From assembly GCA_002691145.1 (NCBI GenBank), contig NZHE01000024.1, forward strand, positions 78,115 through 142,114: a stretch of DNA of 64,000 nt. The letters are read 5' to 3'. The notes below the pieces were generated by a model. It worked only from the letters and a program-made list of their open reading frames with translations. It was not told the origin of the DNA and searched no databases. How positions within the stretch are numbered: position 1 is the stretch's first letter; each line of letters begins with the position of its first letter. Both the position numbers and the translations under genes were made by a program. This document shows positions 38,549 through 50,036 of this stretch, in pieces. This DNA is from Rickettsiales bacterium (lineage in GTDB: Bacteria > Pseudomonadota > Alphaproteobacteria > Methylaequorales > Methylaequoraceae).

Positions 38549-39490
38549 ATGGCCGTTCATACCGTTTTATCTGAAAAAGAAATTAATGAAATTATACGTT
38601 CTTACGAAATTGGTTTTTTAAGTAGGTATGAAGGCATTGTTCAGGGTATCGAAAATACAAACTATTTTATTGAAACCTCTGTTAATAAATTCATACTAAC
38701 AATTTATGAAAAAAGAGTAAATATCCATGATTTACCATTTTATTTTGATTTATTAGAACACAGTAAGTTCAAAAAAATTAATTGTCCGATTCCTATAAGA
38801 AATAGAAATAATAAAAGGTTGCAGAAATTCGATGAAAAATATTTCTCGCTATTTTCTTTTATTAATGGAGAATGTTTAAATAGATGGGGTCCTAACGTCT
38901 GTTTTCACGTGGGTAAAATACTAGGGAAGTTTCACCAAAAAAATAAGTCATTTTTAAAAAAAAAGTTGAATGATTTTGGCCTAACAAGTTGGACTTCTTT
39001 ATTCAAGAAATGTAAGAATCAAATGGATTCTATTGTACCGGAATCGTCTGAATTTATTACTAGAGAGATTGAATATATTACTAGCAATTGGCCATCAAAT
39101 CTTCCAGAAGGAATCGTGCATGCAGATTTATTTCCAGATAATATTCTATTTATTAATGAAAAAATATCGGGAATTCTTGATTTCTATTTTTCGTGTGTAG
39201 ACTTTTATATATATGATTTAGCGATTTTAATAAATGCTTGGAGTTTTCAAAATGAAAAATTTGAAATTGAGAATTTTAAAAGTTTGATCAAAGGGTATCA
39301 GTCTGAAAGAGTTATAAACAAAGATGAGAAAAATGCTTTAAATATTTGTCTGAGAGGGGCATCAATAAGATTTTTACTAACTCGAGCCAATGATTTTATA
39401 TATAATAAACCCAAAATCGAAAATAAAGATCCAATGAGTTATTTTAAAATCCTACAATTTCATCATACAAATTATTTAAAAATAGATTGA
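38549..39490 (+). CDS. thrB: Homoserine kinase type II
   Basis: MAVHT, GI..GIENTNY, ILTIYEKR, LP.GIVHADLFPDN, DFYF, RFLLTR. Confidence 0.95.
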   Translation: MAVHTVLSEKEINEIIRSYEIGFLSRYEGIVQGIENTNYFIETSVNKFILTIYEKRVNIHDLPFYFDLLEHSKFKKINCPIPIRNRNNKRLQKFDEKYFSLFSFINGECLNRWGPNVCFHVGKILGKFHQKNKSFLKKKLNDFGLTSWTSLFKKCKNQMDSIVPESSEFITREIEYITSNWPSNLPEGIVHADLFPDNILFINEKISGILDFYFSCVDFYIYDLAILINAWSFQNEKFEIENFKSLIKGYQSERVINKDEKNALNICLRGASIRFLLTRANDFIYNKPKIENKDPMSYFKILQFHHTNYLKID

Positions 39491-39491
39491 T

Positions 39492-39938
39492 ATGAATAAA
39501 GATTTAATTACTGTCTATACAGATGGTGCATGTTCCGGTAATCCTGGACCAGGTGGATGGGCTTATATAGTTTTTCAGAAGATAATCGTAAGAAAAGATT
39601 CAGGCGGCGAGGTAAAAACTACAAATAATAGAATGGAAATGACTGCTATTATAAATGCTTTAAAAATTTTTCGAAAGAATTCCCATATAATCATAAATAC
39701 TGATAGTAAATATGTTATTAATGGGATTACAAAATGGATTATAAATTGGAAAAAAAATAATTGGGTTGGAAGTAATAAAAAAAAAGTAAAAAACTGTGAC
39801 TTATGGAAAGAACTCGATTATCTTAAAGATAGACATGAAATTAAATGGCAATGGATTAAAGGACATAGCGGTGAATATATGAACGAGATGGTTGATAAAA
39901 TGGCTAGAAAGGAGTCTGAAAAATTACAAAATTTTTAA
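39492..39938 (+). CDS. rnhA: Ribonuclease HI
   Basis: YTDGACSGNPGPGGW, TTNNRME, TDSKYV, WIKGHSG...NE.VD. Confidence 0.97.
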   Translation: MNKDLITVYTDGACSGNPGPGGWAYIVFQKIIVRKDSGGEVKTTNNRMEMTAIINALKIFRKNSHIIINTDSKYVINGITKWIINWKKNNWVGSNKKKVKNCDLWKELDYLKDRHEIKWQWIKGHSGEYMNEMVDKMARKESEKLQNF

Positions 39939-40400
39939 TACTTCGTCAGCTTTGCTTTTTTCTAGTTCTCCTCCATTATCATCGAAAATTTTCTCTACAA
40001 TATTATTTCTAATTAACATTGCAAAACGTGATAATCTAACTCCAAGTCCAATTTGTGTTAAATCCATTTTAAAATCTATTATTTTTGCAAGCTCAGCAAA
40101 GGGATCTGAAAGAAAGACAATATCCGTTTCATTATATTTTTTGCCCCATTCGTTCATAACAAAAGGATCATTTACGGAGACAAAAAAAATTTTATCTATA
40201 TTCTTCTTGAAAATCTTATCTTTACTCTTAATGTAACCAGGCAGATGATTTTCACTACAGGTTGGGGTAAAAGCGCCAGGAACAGCTACAAGAAGGCAGT
40301 TTTTATTTGCGAATAAATCTGAAGCTGAGACTTTTTTAGGACCTGAATCAAACATGTACAAATCTACATTTGGAAAGGTTTCGTTTATTTTAAGTTTCAT
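39924..40400 (-). CDS. Peroxiredoxin (Prx5 type)
   Basis: AVPGAFTPTCSENHLPG, SVNDPFVM.EW, LG.RLSRFAM. Confidence 0.95.
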   Translation of the reverse strand: MKLKINETFPNVDLYMFDSGPKKVSASDLFANKNCLLVAVPGAFTPTCSENHLPGYIKSKDKIFKKNIDKIFFVSVNDPFVMNEWGKKYNETDIVFLSDPFAELAKIIDFKMDLTQIGLGVRLSRFAMLIRNNIVEKIFDDNGGELEKSKADEVLKIL

Positions 40401-40404
40401 AATT

Positions 40405-42360
40405 CTATTTTACCAAATTTAAATTTGTTTTTACAGTTTCTTTTGTCAAAATTTCAGATAAAACTATTCCGTCTAGATTCTTTGGGCCATAAATAATATT
40501 AAAAGGTATTCCGTATTTATTATATCTTTTGAGAAAATTCAGTATATTATCATCTCTTCTAGTCCAATCTGCTTGCATAAGCTTAACGTTATTTTTATTG
40601 AAAAAAACTTTTATTTCGTCGGTATCGAGGGTTGTAAGTTTATTAAATTTACAAGTTATGCACCAATCAGCAGTTATATCTAAGAAAATAATCTCTTTAT
40701 TGTTAATATATGTATTTAATCTGTTTTCATTAAATTTTTCCCATTGTAAACCTTCTGAAGGTTTCCTCCAAAAAGAATAGGTTAATAAAAAAGAAACAAT
40801 TAAAATTAAATATAAAAAAAGGTTCTTGGATTTAATTTTAGATATAAAAACTAAAAGAGATATAAAGATCAATCCACCTAATATTATAAAATCGACATAT
40901 ACTATACTTGATATTTTGAGTAACCAAAATGACATAAGCAACACCATAATTCCAAGAATCGCTCTCAAGTTAATCATCCATCCTCCAGGTTTCGGAAAAA
41001 TATTTATTACTTTAGGTGATAGAATTATTAAAAAATATGGTGAGGCAAAACCAGAAGCTAACGCTACAAATATTATTATAGTAGAGATATTTTCTTGTGA
41101 AAAAGCAAAACTTATTGCTGTACCTAAGAATGGAGCACTGCAAGGAGTTGCCAAGATAGTAGCTAGTAATCCAGAAAAAAAGGCGCTGAGATACTCATTT
41201 TTACTAGTGATAGAGAATTTTTGATTTAAAGAACTAGGCAGATTTATTTCATAAAAGCCCATTAAATTTAATGAGAATACAAATAAGATAATTGAGAAGA
41301 ATAATAAAAACTCTTTACTTTGAAATTGCATGCCCCAACTGACTTCTCTTCCTAATTCTTTAAAAAAAATTATTGTAACAGCTAAGACGATAAAGGAACA
41401 AAAAATTCCAAATATTGTACTTAGTGAAAGTCTAATCATTTTAAACTGGTTTTCATTACTTAAATTAATGAAAGAATATATTTTCAACGAAAGTATGGGA
41501 AGCACACACGGCATAAAATTTAATATTAATCCACCAATAAAAGCTAGAAACAAAATAGAAGCCAATTTAATCTCACTATTAACTTTTAAGTCGATTATTT
41601 TTTCTTCAGAAAAATTCTTACCCGAAATTAAAACAAATAGATTATCTGGCGATTTAAATTCTTTTGAATCAATTTCTAATTCAAATACTATTTGTCGATT
41701 ATTAATTGATTTTTTTTTTTTAAGGAAATCAAAATTTGCGTGTAAAAATAAATCAACTTCAGAAGAAATATTTTTCTTATTTTCCAACTCTATAATAAAT
41801 TTATTTCCTCTATTTTTTACCTCTTTCAACTGGAAAAAAATATTTTCTTTAGAGGGAAGCCTCTTTATAGAATCACTAAGTTTGTTAAGTTTAGAATTGA
41901 TATTTGTATTTAAAGAAATCTCTTTAGTTTTTATTACGGGAATACAAATTTCCTTGCAAACTAAATATTCTAATTGAATATCAAAATTCATCGAATTTTG
42001 ATATTCAAATGTTTCCACTTTAATGGGAAAAATTATTTCTTTTTCATATCCAATAGTTTCGATGCCTAAATCAAAAAATCTTTGTGGAGTTGGAAAAAGA
42101 ATCTCTAAATTTTTTATTCTATTGTCGTCAAAATTTATTGTTAAAGGTGCCCCGGAATCCCCCGGATTTTTCCAATAGGTTTTCCAACCTTCATCTAGTT
42201 TAATAGATATACCAAAAAAAAAAGAATTATCAGATTTTAAGGTATTTTCTTTATCTAAAATTTCTAAAGAACTATGCTCAGATAATGAGCGTATTTGAGC
42301 TTTTAATTCTGAGAAATAGGTTAAAATAAAAAATATTAGAATAATAATCCTTGTCATCAA
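40405..42360 (-). CDS. Protein-disulfide reductase DsbD/ScsB family
   Basis: GWKTYWKNPGDSG, CKEIC, LNFMPCVLPILSLK, ATPCSAPFLG, ADWCITCK. Confidence 0.93.
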   Translation of the reverse strand: MMTRIIILIFFILTYFSELKAQIRSLSEHSSLEILDKENTLKSDNSFFFGISIKLDEGWKTYWKNPGDSGAPLTINFDDNRIKNLEILFPTPQRFFDLGIETIGYEKEIIFPIKVETFEYQNSMNFDIQLEYLVCKEICIPVIKTKEISLNTNINSKLNKLSDSIKRLPSKENIFFQLKEVKNRGNKFIIELENKKNISSEVDLFLHANFDFLKKKKSINNRQIVFELEIDSKEFKSPDNLFVLISGKNFSEEKIIDLKVNSEIKLASILFLAFIGGLILNFMPCVLPILSLKIYSFINLSNENQFKMIRLSLSTIFGIFCSFIVLAVTIIFFKELGREVSWGMQFQSKEFLLFFSIILFVFSLNLMGFYEINLPSSLNQKFSITSKNEYLSAFFSGLLATILATPCSAPFLGTAISFAFSQENISTIIIFVALASGFASPYFLIILSPKVINIFPKPGGWMINLRAILGIMVLLMSFWLLKISSIVYVDFIILGGLIFISLLVFISKIKSKNLFLYLILIVSFLLTYSFWRKPSEGLQWEKFNENRLNTYINNKEIIFLDITADWCITCKFNKLTTLDTDEIKVFFNKNNVKLMQADWTRRDDNILNFLKRYNKYGIPFNIIYGPKNLDGIVLSEILTKETVKTNLNLVK

Positions 42361-42407
42361 AATATCTTCTAATTGAAATTAAAAAAAAATACTGTCATAA
42401 TTTATAT

Positions 42408-42971
42408 ATGAAAAATAAAAATTATTTAACAGGTAATATAATTTGTGCAATTCCACAATTAAAGGATATTTTTTTCTCGAAAAGTATTATTTATATAACT
42501 CATCACAACAAAAATGGTGCAGTTGGTATCGTCCTAAACTATAAACTTATGAAGATTAAAAGCTCAGATATTATTAAAAAGTTAAATTTAGATATAAAAA
42601 ATACCAGCAACAACTTTTCAATCCATATTGGAGGGCCAATGAATCAGGAAAATGGGTTTATACTTCATTCTCAGGAATATTTTGAACCCAATACCATTAA
42701 AATTACTAAAGATATAAACCTAACTTGCACAAGAAAAATTTTTGAAGATATTGCCATGAACAAAGGACCTAAAAAGTATTTTATTTCACTTGGATATGCA
42801 GGATGGGGGCCAGGTCAATTAGAGGACGAGCTTATCAAAAATAGTTGGATACACATTACAGAAAAGTTAGATTTAATTTTCGATATTGATGCTAGAGATA
42901 AATGGGATAAGGCCATTAAATTATCAGGAATTGACTTTTCAAAGTTTATACCAAACTCAGGAACTGCATAA
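42408..42971 (+). CDS. YqgE/AlgH (UPF0301) family protein
   Basis: F.KSIIYI..H...GAVGIVLN, GGP....GFILHS, LGYAGWGPGQLEDEL..NSW. ATG at 42408 preferred. Confidence 0.93.
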   Translation: MKNKNYLTGNIICAIPQLKDIFFSKSIIYITHHNKNGAVGIVLNYKLMKIKSSDIIKKLNLDIKNTSNNFSIHIGGPMNQENGFILHSQEYFEPNTIKITKDINLTCTRKIFEDIAMNKGPKKYFISLGYAGWGPGQLEDELIKNSWIHITEKLDLIFDIDARDKWDKAIKLSGIDFSKFIPNSGTA

Positions 42972-44354
42972 CTAGTTATTACTCTGAATATAATTTTTAA
43001 GCTTTTCAACATCATTATCTAAAATGTCAAATTTCTCTTCATAGCTTTTCAAGTTATTTAATTTATCAGGTAACTTCATTTTTTTTTCTAAAGATTTATT
43101 AATTGTATTTAAGAATTTTCCATAATGAGCTGTAGCAAGATATACATTTTTTATATTCTCTTTATTCAAAAAACGTTTTCCTATCGAAATACCGACTGCT
43201 GTATGAGGGTCAACTACTATTTTATATTTTAAAAACATTTTTTTTATGCAATCTGTTGTTTTGTTGTCATCTAACCTACCTACCTGGAATCTTTTTTTCA
43301 TTTTGCTAATGATAGATTTGCTTAATTGAAAATCTCCTTTTGACTTTAATCTCAAAAAAAGTTGGTTGACTTCAACTTTATCAATGTAATGATATAATAA
43401 TCTTTCAAAGTTACTTGAAACTTGTATATCCATACTTGGGCTTAGTGTCTCAAAGGTTTTTAACTTCTTCATTTGACCAGTCTCAAAAAATCTAGTGAGA
43501 ACATCGTTTTTATTTGAGGCAATAATAATCTTATTTATTGGAAGTCCCATTTTCATGGCTATAAATGCAGCATACGCATTACCAAAATTACCAGTTGGAA
43601 CTGAAAAGTTAATCATTTCATTATCATCGCAACAATTAAAATATGCCCAAAAATAGTAAACAATCTGACCCATTATCCTTACCCAATTAATTGAATTAAC
43701 AGCAGCAAGATTAAATTTCTTTTCTTTTTCATTAATTTCAAACAAACTTTTAACGAGATTTTGACAATCATCGAAGTCACCTTTAATTGCAAGATTGAAC
43801 ACGTTACTTTTGTTAAAAGTAGTCATCTGCATTCTTTGAATGGGACTAACTTTATTATATGGAAAGAGGATAAACATCTTTATTAAATTAGATTTAGAAC
43901 AACCATGAATTGCTGCTGAACCAGTATCTCCAGATGTTGCTCCGACAATTGTAAGCTTTATCTTTTTCTTTTTAAGAATAAAGTTGTATATATTTCCTAA
44001 TAATTGAAGTGCATAGTCTTTAAAAGCAAGAGTTGGACCATGAAAAAGGTTTAGAATATATTCTTTATTATTTAACTTTTTGATCGAAATAATCTCATTA
44101 TCTGAAAATTCATTGTATGTTATCTCACATATTTTGGTATAATCCTCCTTTGATATATTAGACTTCACAAAAATCCATGTAATTTGATGCACAAGCTCTG
44201 AGTAGGATAAACCTCTCATATTATTAAGTTTTGATTTTGAGATTTGAGAAATTTCATCCGGGACAAACAAACCCCCGTCAGAAGCTAAACCACTTAAAAC
44301 AACTTTTTCAAATTCTACAGAATTTTCACTACCTCTTGTTGAAGAATATAACAT
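42972..44354 (-). CDS. thrC: Threonine synthase
   Basis: YSSTRG, GLASDGGLFVP, LFHGPTLAFKD (PLP Lys), ATSGDTG, NSINW.R, VPTGNFGN, DPHTA. Confidence 0.97.
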   Translation of the reverse strand: MLYSSTRGSENSVEFEKVVLSGLASDGGLFVPDEISQISKSKLNNMRGLSYSELVHQITWIFVKSNISKEDYTKICEITYNEFSDNEIISIKKLNNKEYILNLFHGPTLAFKDYALQLLGNIYNFILKKKKIKLTIVGATSGDTGSAAIHGCSKSNLIKMFILFPYNKVSPIQRMQMTTFNKSNVFNLAIKGDFDDCQNLVKSLFEINEKEKKFNLAAVNSINWVRIMGQIVYYFWAYFNCCDDNEMINFSVPTGNFGNAYAAFIAMKMGLPINKIIIASNKNDVLTRFFETGQMKKLKTFETLSPSMDIQVSSNFERLLYHYIDKVEVNQLFLRLKSKGDFQLSKSIISKMKKRFQVGRLDDNKTTDCIKKMFLKYKIVVDPHTAVGISIGKRFLNKENIKNVYLATAHYGKFLNTINKSLEKKMKLPDKLNNLKSYEEKFDILDNDVEKLKNYIQSNN

Positions 44355-44371
44355 TTAATACTTTTAAATTT

Positions 44372-45088
44372 CTATTTTATTTTTTTTAAAGAAGCAGCCA
44401 TGAAAACACCGATAAGACCTAAAGCAATCAAGAACCAGGTTATAGCATATTGCAAATGGTTATTTCTTATGTAAATTCTTGTTTGTCCTCCTAGAGGAGA
44501 TCCTCCTGGACCATTATTTACTGCTTCTAAATAAAAAGATTTTTCTAAATTTAAGCCAGTAAATTCTGACATTTGGACTGGGTCAATAAAAAACCAAAAA
44601 TTATTTTCTAATTCATTATCCGGCTGATACTTACCTTTCCTACCTGGAGTTCTAATTACTGCCTCTATATCATGAAAACCCTCAACTAAATTCTCTAATC
44701 TTTTTTCTTTCAATTTTTTTCTTAACGGGATCCAACCACGATCAAATACTACGTAGGAATTTTCTGATAATTCTAAAGGAACAATGATATGATAACCATT
44801 ATTTCCATTTTTGCTAAGAGCCGCCATATACATTTCTAATTCATTGAAAAAAGAACCATTTAAACTTACTTTCGTAAATTCCTGTTGTTCAGGGTGTTCT
44901 ATTGAATCCAAAGATACAATTTTTTTTTCAAATCTTTCTATTCTTATTTTGATTAATTCTTCTTTCCAAGCTAATCTTTTAATTTGCCACACGCACAAGC
45001 TTAAAAGTATTGATAAAGCTACTAGAAAGGAAAATAAAGGAATTATTTTAGTTTCAAAAACATAGTTTTTATTTAATCTGATTTTCAT
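44372..45088 (-). CDS. SURF1 family cytochrome oxidase assembly protein
   Basis: WQIKRLAWKE, DRGWIP, NNHLQYAITWF. Confidence 0.94.
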   Translation of the reverse strand: MKIRLNKNYVFETKIIPLFSFLVALSILLSLCVWQIKRLAWKEELIKIRIERFEKKIVSLDSIEHPEQQEFTKVSLNGSFFNELEMYMAALSKNGNNGYHIIVPLELSENSYVVFDRGWIPLRKKLKEKRLENLVEGFHDIEAVIRTPGRKGKYQPDNELENNFWFFIDPVQMSEFTGLNLEKSFYLEAVNNGPGGSPLGGQTRIYIRNNHLQYAITWFLIALGLIGVFMAASLKKIK

Positions 45089-45104
45089 TTCTTAAATTTA
45101 GGAG

Positions 45105-45926
45105 CTAAATCGAGGCCCACCAGTAAACAAATGCAAATAGAAAAAGCCAGACTACATCTACAAAATGCCAATACCAGGCGGCAAATTCAAAACCCAAATG
45201 TTTTTCTGGTTTAAAATGGCCTTTTAAACCCCTAAAAAAGCAAACTAGTAAAAAAATTGAACCTATGAGGACATGCGCACCGTGAAAACCAGTAGCCATA
45301 TAAAATGTTGATGGATAGATTCCTTCGTCAATTGAGAATTCAGCAACCATGTATTCATAAGCTTGAAAACCTGTAAAAATTATTCCTAGTAATATTGTCA
45401 AAAATAGAAATATCAAAAATTTTTTTCTATCATTGTCTTTTAACGCATGATGAGCAACAGTAACAGTCGCTCCCGAAGCAAGGAGAATTAATGTATTAAG
45501 AAGAGGAACTCCAAAAGGATTAATCAAATTAATATCTTCCGGAGGAAACACTCCTCCAATTGAATCTATTCTTCCGATTAACTCAGGGCTGTCAGAACCT
45601 GGATAGAAAGCCACATCAAAGAAAGCCCAAAACCATGCAGCGAAGAACATAATTTCTGAAGCTATGAAGAGCAACATTCCATATCTCAAACCAATCTGAA
45701 CAATTTTATTATGAAAAACACCTTTTTGAGACTCGTTTACAACATCTTTCCACCACAATAAACTAGATATAACAACAGCTAAGGATCCTACATAAAAGAG
45801 GGTTTGCTTTTCATAATGCATAAACAATATTGCGCCAACGGCCATTAATAATGTTGCCATAGAGACAACTAGTGGCCACGGGCTTGGGTCTACAAGATGA
45901 TAGGGATGTTTTTGATTTTCACTCAT
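45105..45926 (-). CDS. ctaE: Cytochrome c oxidase subunit III
   Basis: HPYHLVDPSPWP, FIASEIMFF, ATGFHGAHV, AAWYWHFVDVVWLFL. Confidence 0.97.
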   Translation of the reverse strand: MSENQKHPYHLVDPSPWPLVVSMATLLMAVGAILFMHYEKQTLFYVGSLAVVISSLLWWKDVVNESQKGVFHNKIVQIGLRYGMLLFIASEIMFFAAWFWAFFDVAFYPGSDSPELIGRIDSIGGVFPPEDINLINPFGVPLLNTLILLASGATVTVAHHALKDNDRKKFLIFLFLTILLGIIFTGFQAYEYMVAEFSIDEGIYPSTFYMATGFHGAHVLIGSIFLLVCFFRGLKGHFKPEKHLGFEFAAWYWHFVDVVWLFLFAFVYWWASI

Positions 45927-46477
45927 TATTTCCTCGCAATAGAACTGTTCTTTTCAAACATTGTATAAGATAACGTTAATTGTTGAACATTTTTTACAAA
46001 ATTATCATTTAATATATCAGGATTTATAAAAAAAGAAACAGGCATTTCAACTTCTTGACCTGGTTCAAAAACTTGTTCTTCAAAACAAAAACATTCTACC
46101 TTATTAAAATATTGAGCGGCGCCTAAAGGTGTTACATTGAAAGATGCCATCCCGGTTATAGATTCTTTGGAACTGTTCCTTGCTTTGTAAAATATTAATT
46201 TACTTTCACCAGGATTAACTTTTACTTTTTTTAAAACAGGTTCGAAAATTAATGGTGAATTTTTTTCCACAGATGAATCAAATCTGACTTCATAAGTGCT
46301 CGAATTGATTTCATGTGTATTTTTTTCTACAATCTTAGGTGTTCCACCATACCCAGTAACTGCGCAAAAGATCTTGTACAAAGGAACCGAAGCGTAGCTT
46401 ACAGCAATCATAAAAAAAACAAAAGTTGTCAGATAAACTGCATACCTTTTTAAGTTTTTATTTGTATCAATTTTCAT
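45926..46477 (-). CDS. ctaG: Cytochrome c oxidase assembly protein CtaG/Cox11
   Basis: VPLYKIFCAVTGYGGT, YFNKVECFCF, LTLSYT. Confidence 0.96.
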   Translation of the reverse strand: MKIDTNKNLKRYAVYLTTFVFFMIAVSYASVPLYKIFCAVTGYGGTPKIVEKNTHEINSSTYEVRFDSSVEKNSPLIFEPVLKKVKVNPGESKLIFYKARNSSKESITGMASFNVTPLGAAQYFNKVECFCFEEQVFEPGQEVEMPVSFFINPDILNDNFVKNVQQLTLSYTMFEKNSSIARK

Positions 46478-46481
46478 AGTC

Positions 46482-46573
46482 TCATATTTTAATTATAGTA
46501 ACAACATAAAATATTGTAGCCAAACTAAATAATAAAAGAGCTATGGCTATGTTTTTTTTTTTTTATTATCCAT
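46482..46573 (-). CDS. CoxF-like 30-aa membrane microprotein; apparent 1-nt frameshift in a T13 run at 46552-46564
   Basis: With one extra A it reads MDNKKKKNIAIALLLFSLATIFYVVTIIKI*. It exactly fills the ctaB-ctaG gap. Confidence 0.7.
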
Positions 46574-46577
46574 TATC

Positions 46578-47498
46578 TTACAAGGCAAAATTCTTATCAA
46601 ATAAGACGGAGAGAAATAAAATATATAAATAAATAATTGAATATTTGAACAGAAATGAGGCTTTCTTGTCTGAATTTTTGGGATTAGAGTTCATAAGGTC
46701 AATTGCTCCATAAACAAAAATTAAATTCAAAAAACAAGAAACAATGAAATAAATATTTGTAGTTAAATTCATTATGTATGGAAGAGATGATATAAAAAAA
46801 AGAATAAAACTGTAAATTAAAATTTGAATCTTAGTATTTTTCTTTCCATATTTTACAGGTAACATAGGTATATTTACTTTTGAATACTCTGTATCTTTAA
46901 ATAACGCTAGTGACCAGAAGTGTGGTGGTGTCCAAAAAAAAATTATTAAAAATAAAATTACAGGAAACAAGGATATATCATTAGTTACACAAGCCCAACC
47001 TATAACAGGAGGAAAAGCACCAGCTGCGCCGCCAATAACAATGTTATGATGCGTAGATCTCTTTAACCACATTGTATAAATCACAATGTAAAAGAAAATT
47101 GAAAAACCTAGTAAAAATGCTGCAAAATAACTAACTGCCAGACCTAATAATATTAATCCTGTCACACCTAATAGTATTCCAAAACCAAGTACATTTGAAC
47201 TATCAATCTTACCTAATGGTATAGCTCTATTTTTAGTTCTTTCCATTTTTGAGTCAATATCTCGGTCATACCACATATTTATTGCTGCGCAACAGCCCGC
47301 GCCAAGAGAGATACAGATAATCGAAACAAAAGACAAAAACGGATGTAATGTTCCTGGTGCCAGAGACAGTCCAATGACGCTAGTAAAAATAGCCAAGGAC
47401 ATAACTCTAGGTTTTAACAGCGAGAAATAATCTGATATTGTACTATCCTCAGAATCAATGACCTTATTTAACTCATGCTTTGTAGAAGAAACGCCCAT
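46578..47498 (-). CDS. ctaB: Protoheme IX farnesyltransferase (heme O synthase)
   Basis: LLKPRVMSL, NMWYDRDIDSKMERT..R, NIVIGGAAGAFPP, FWTPPHFWSL. Confidence 0.97.
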   Translation of the reverse strand: MGVSSTKHELNKVIDSEDSTISDYFSLLKPRVMSLAIFTSVIGLSLAPGTLHPFLSFVSIICISLGAGCCAAINMWYDRDIDSKMERTKNRAIPLGKIDSSNVLGFGILLGVTGLILLGLAVSYFAAFLLGFSIFFYIVIYTMWLKRSTHHNIVIGGAAGAFPPVIGWACVTNDISLFPVILFLIIFFWTPPHFWSLALFKDTEYSKVNIPMLPVKYGKKNTKIQILIYSFILFFISSLPYIMNLTTNIYFIVSCFLNLIFVYGAIDLMNSNPKNSDKKASFLFKYSIIYLYILFLSVLFDKNFAL

Positions 47499-47510
47499 AA
47501 ATAATTTAAT

Positions 47511-49097
<1,587 letters not shown>

Positions 49098-49913
49098 TTA
49101 TTTAAGTACAAAATTATTATCTGGAATATCGCTAGCGAATTCTTTTTTTGCATCTACTAACCAACTAGCAAATTCATCTTCAGTTACTGCTTTAATTGTT
49201 ATAGGCATAAATCCATGTCCTGGACCGCATAGTTCTGAACATTGTCCATAATACATACCAGGTTCTTTTACATTAAAATAAGTCTCATTGAGTCTGCCAG
49301 GAATGGCATCAGTTTTAACTCCTAGTGAAGGCACAGCCCATGAGTGAATAACACCAGACGGATCACTAGTTATGAGAACTTTAATATTCTTGTTAGTCGG
49401 AACTACAACAACGTTATCGGTTTGAAGAAGTCTGGGTTGACCCTCTTTTAATTCGTCTTCAGACAGCATGATTGAATCAAAGGCCAAATCATCATGGTCT
49501 GGATATTCATAAGCCCAAAACCATGTGTAACCAGTAGCCTTGATAGTCATATCAATATTTGAAAAATCGTTTTGTTTATACAAAAGTCTGAAAGATGGAA
49601 TTGCAATAACCACTAATATTAGAACTGGTATTAAAGTCCATGCAACTTCAAGGGCAGAGTTATGAGTGACTTTACTAGGCTTTTTGTTTCTTTTGGCGCT
49701 AAATTTGTAACAAACATATGCCAATAAAAGAAAAACAAAAACGGTTATTGCGGTAATAATCCAAAAAACTAAAGTATGAAAATCTACTAATTCTTCCATC
49801 AAAGGGGATGCAGGAGCTTGAAAACCAGTTTGCCATTCTGTTGGTTGCCCTTTAGCTAATAACAAGCTTGGAAAAAATAAAATGGTAGTAAAAAATTTAA
49901 TTGTAAAGTTCAT
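49098..49913 (-). CDS. ctaC: Cytochrome c oxidase subunit II
   Basis: LEVAWT.IP, WFWAYEY, CuA ligands VIHSW...GQCSELCGPGHGFM. The start could be at 49913, 49922 or 49925. Confidence 0.96.
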   Translation of the reverse strand: MNFTIKFFTTILFFPSLLLAKGQPTEWQTGFQAPASPLMEELVDFHTLVFWIITAITVFVFLLLAYVCYKFSAKRNKKPSKVTHNSALEVAWTLIPVLILVVIAIPSFRLLYKQNDFSNIDMTIKATGYTWFWAYEYPDHDDLAFDSIMLSEDELKEGQPRLLQTDNVVVVPTNKNIKVLITSDPSGVIHSWAVPSLGVKTDAIPGRLNETYFNVKEPGMYYGQCSELCGPGHGFMPITIKAVTEDEFASWLVDAKKEFASDIPDNNFVLK

Positions 49914-50036
49914 AATAGCCATCACTTATCATATAGTAGTCAATTTAAAAAAAACAATTGTTTCATTTATAATATTTTGTATTAATAATAGAATTTTGCA
50001 ATAATTAAAAGAGATTTTTTAAAATTAGGAATAAAT

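Noticed and set aside
42968-42979. Palindrome ATAACTAGTTAT at the yqgE/thrC junction
   Set aside because: It is formed by abutting stop codons of convergent genes and has no loop or U-tail.
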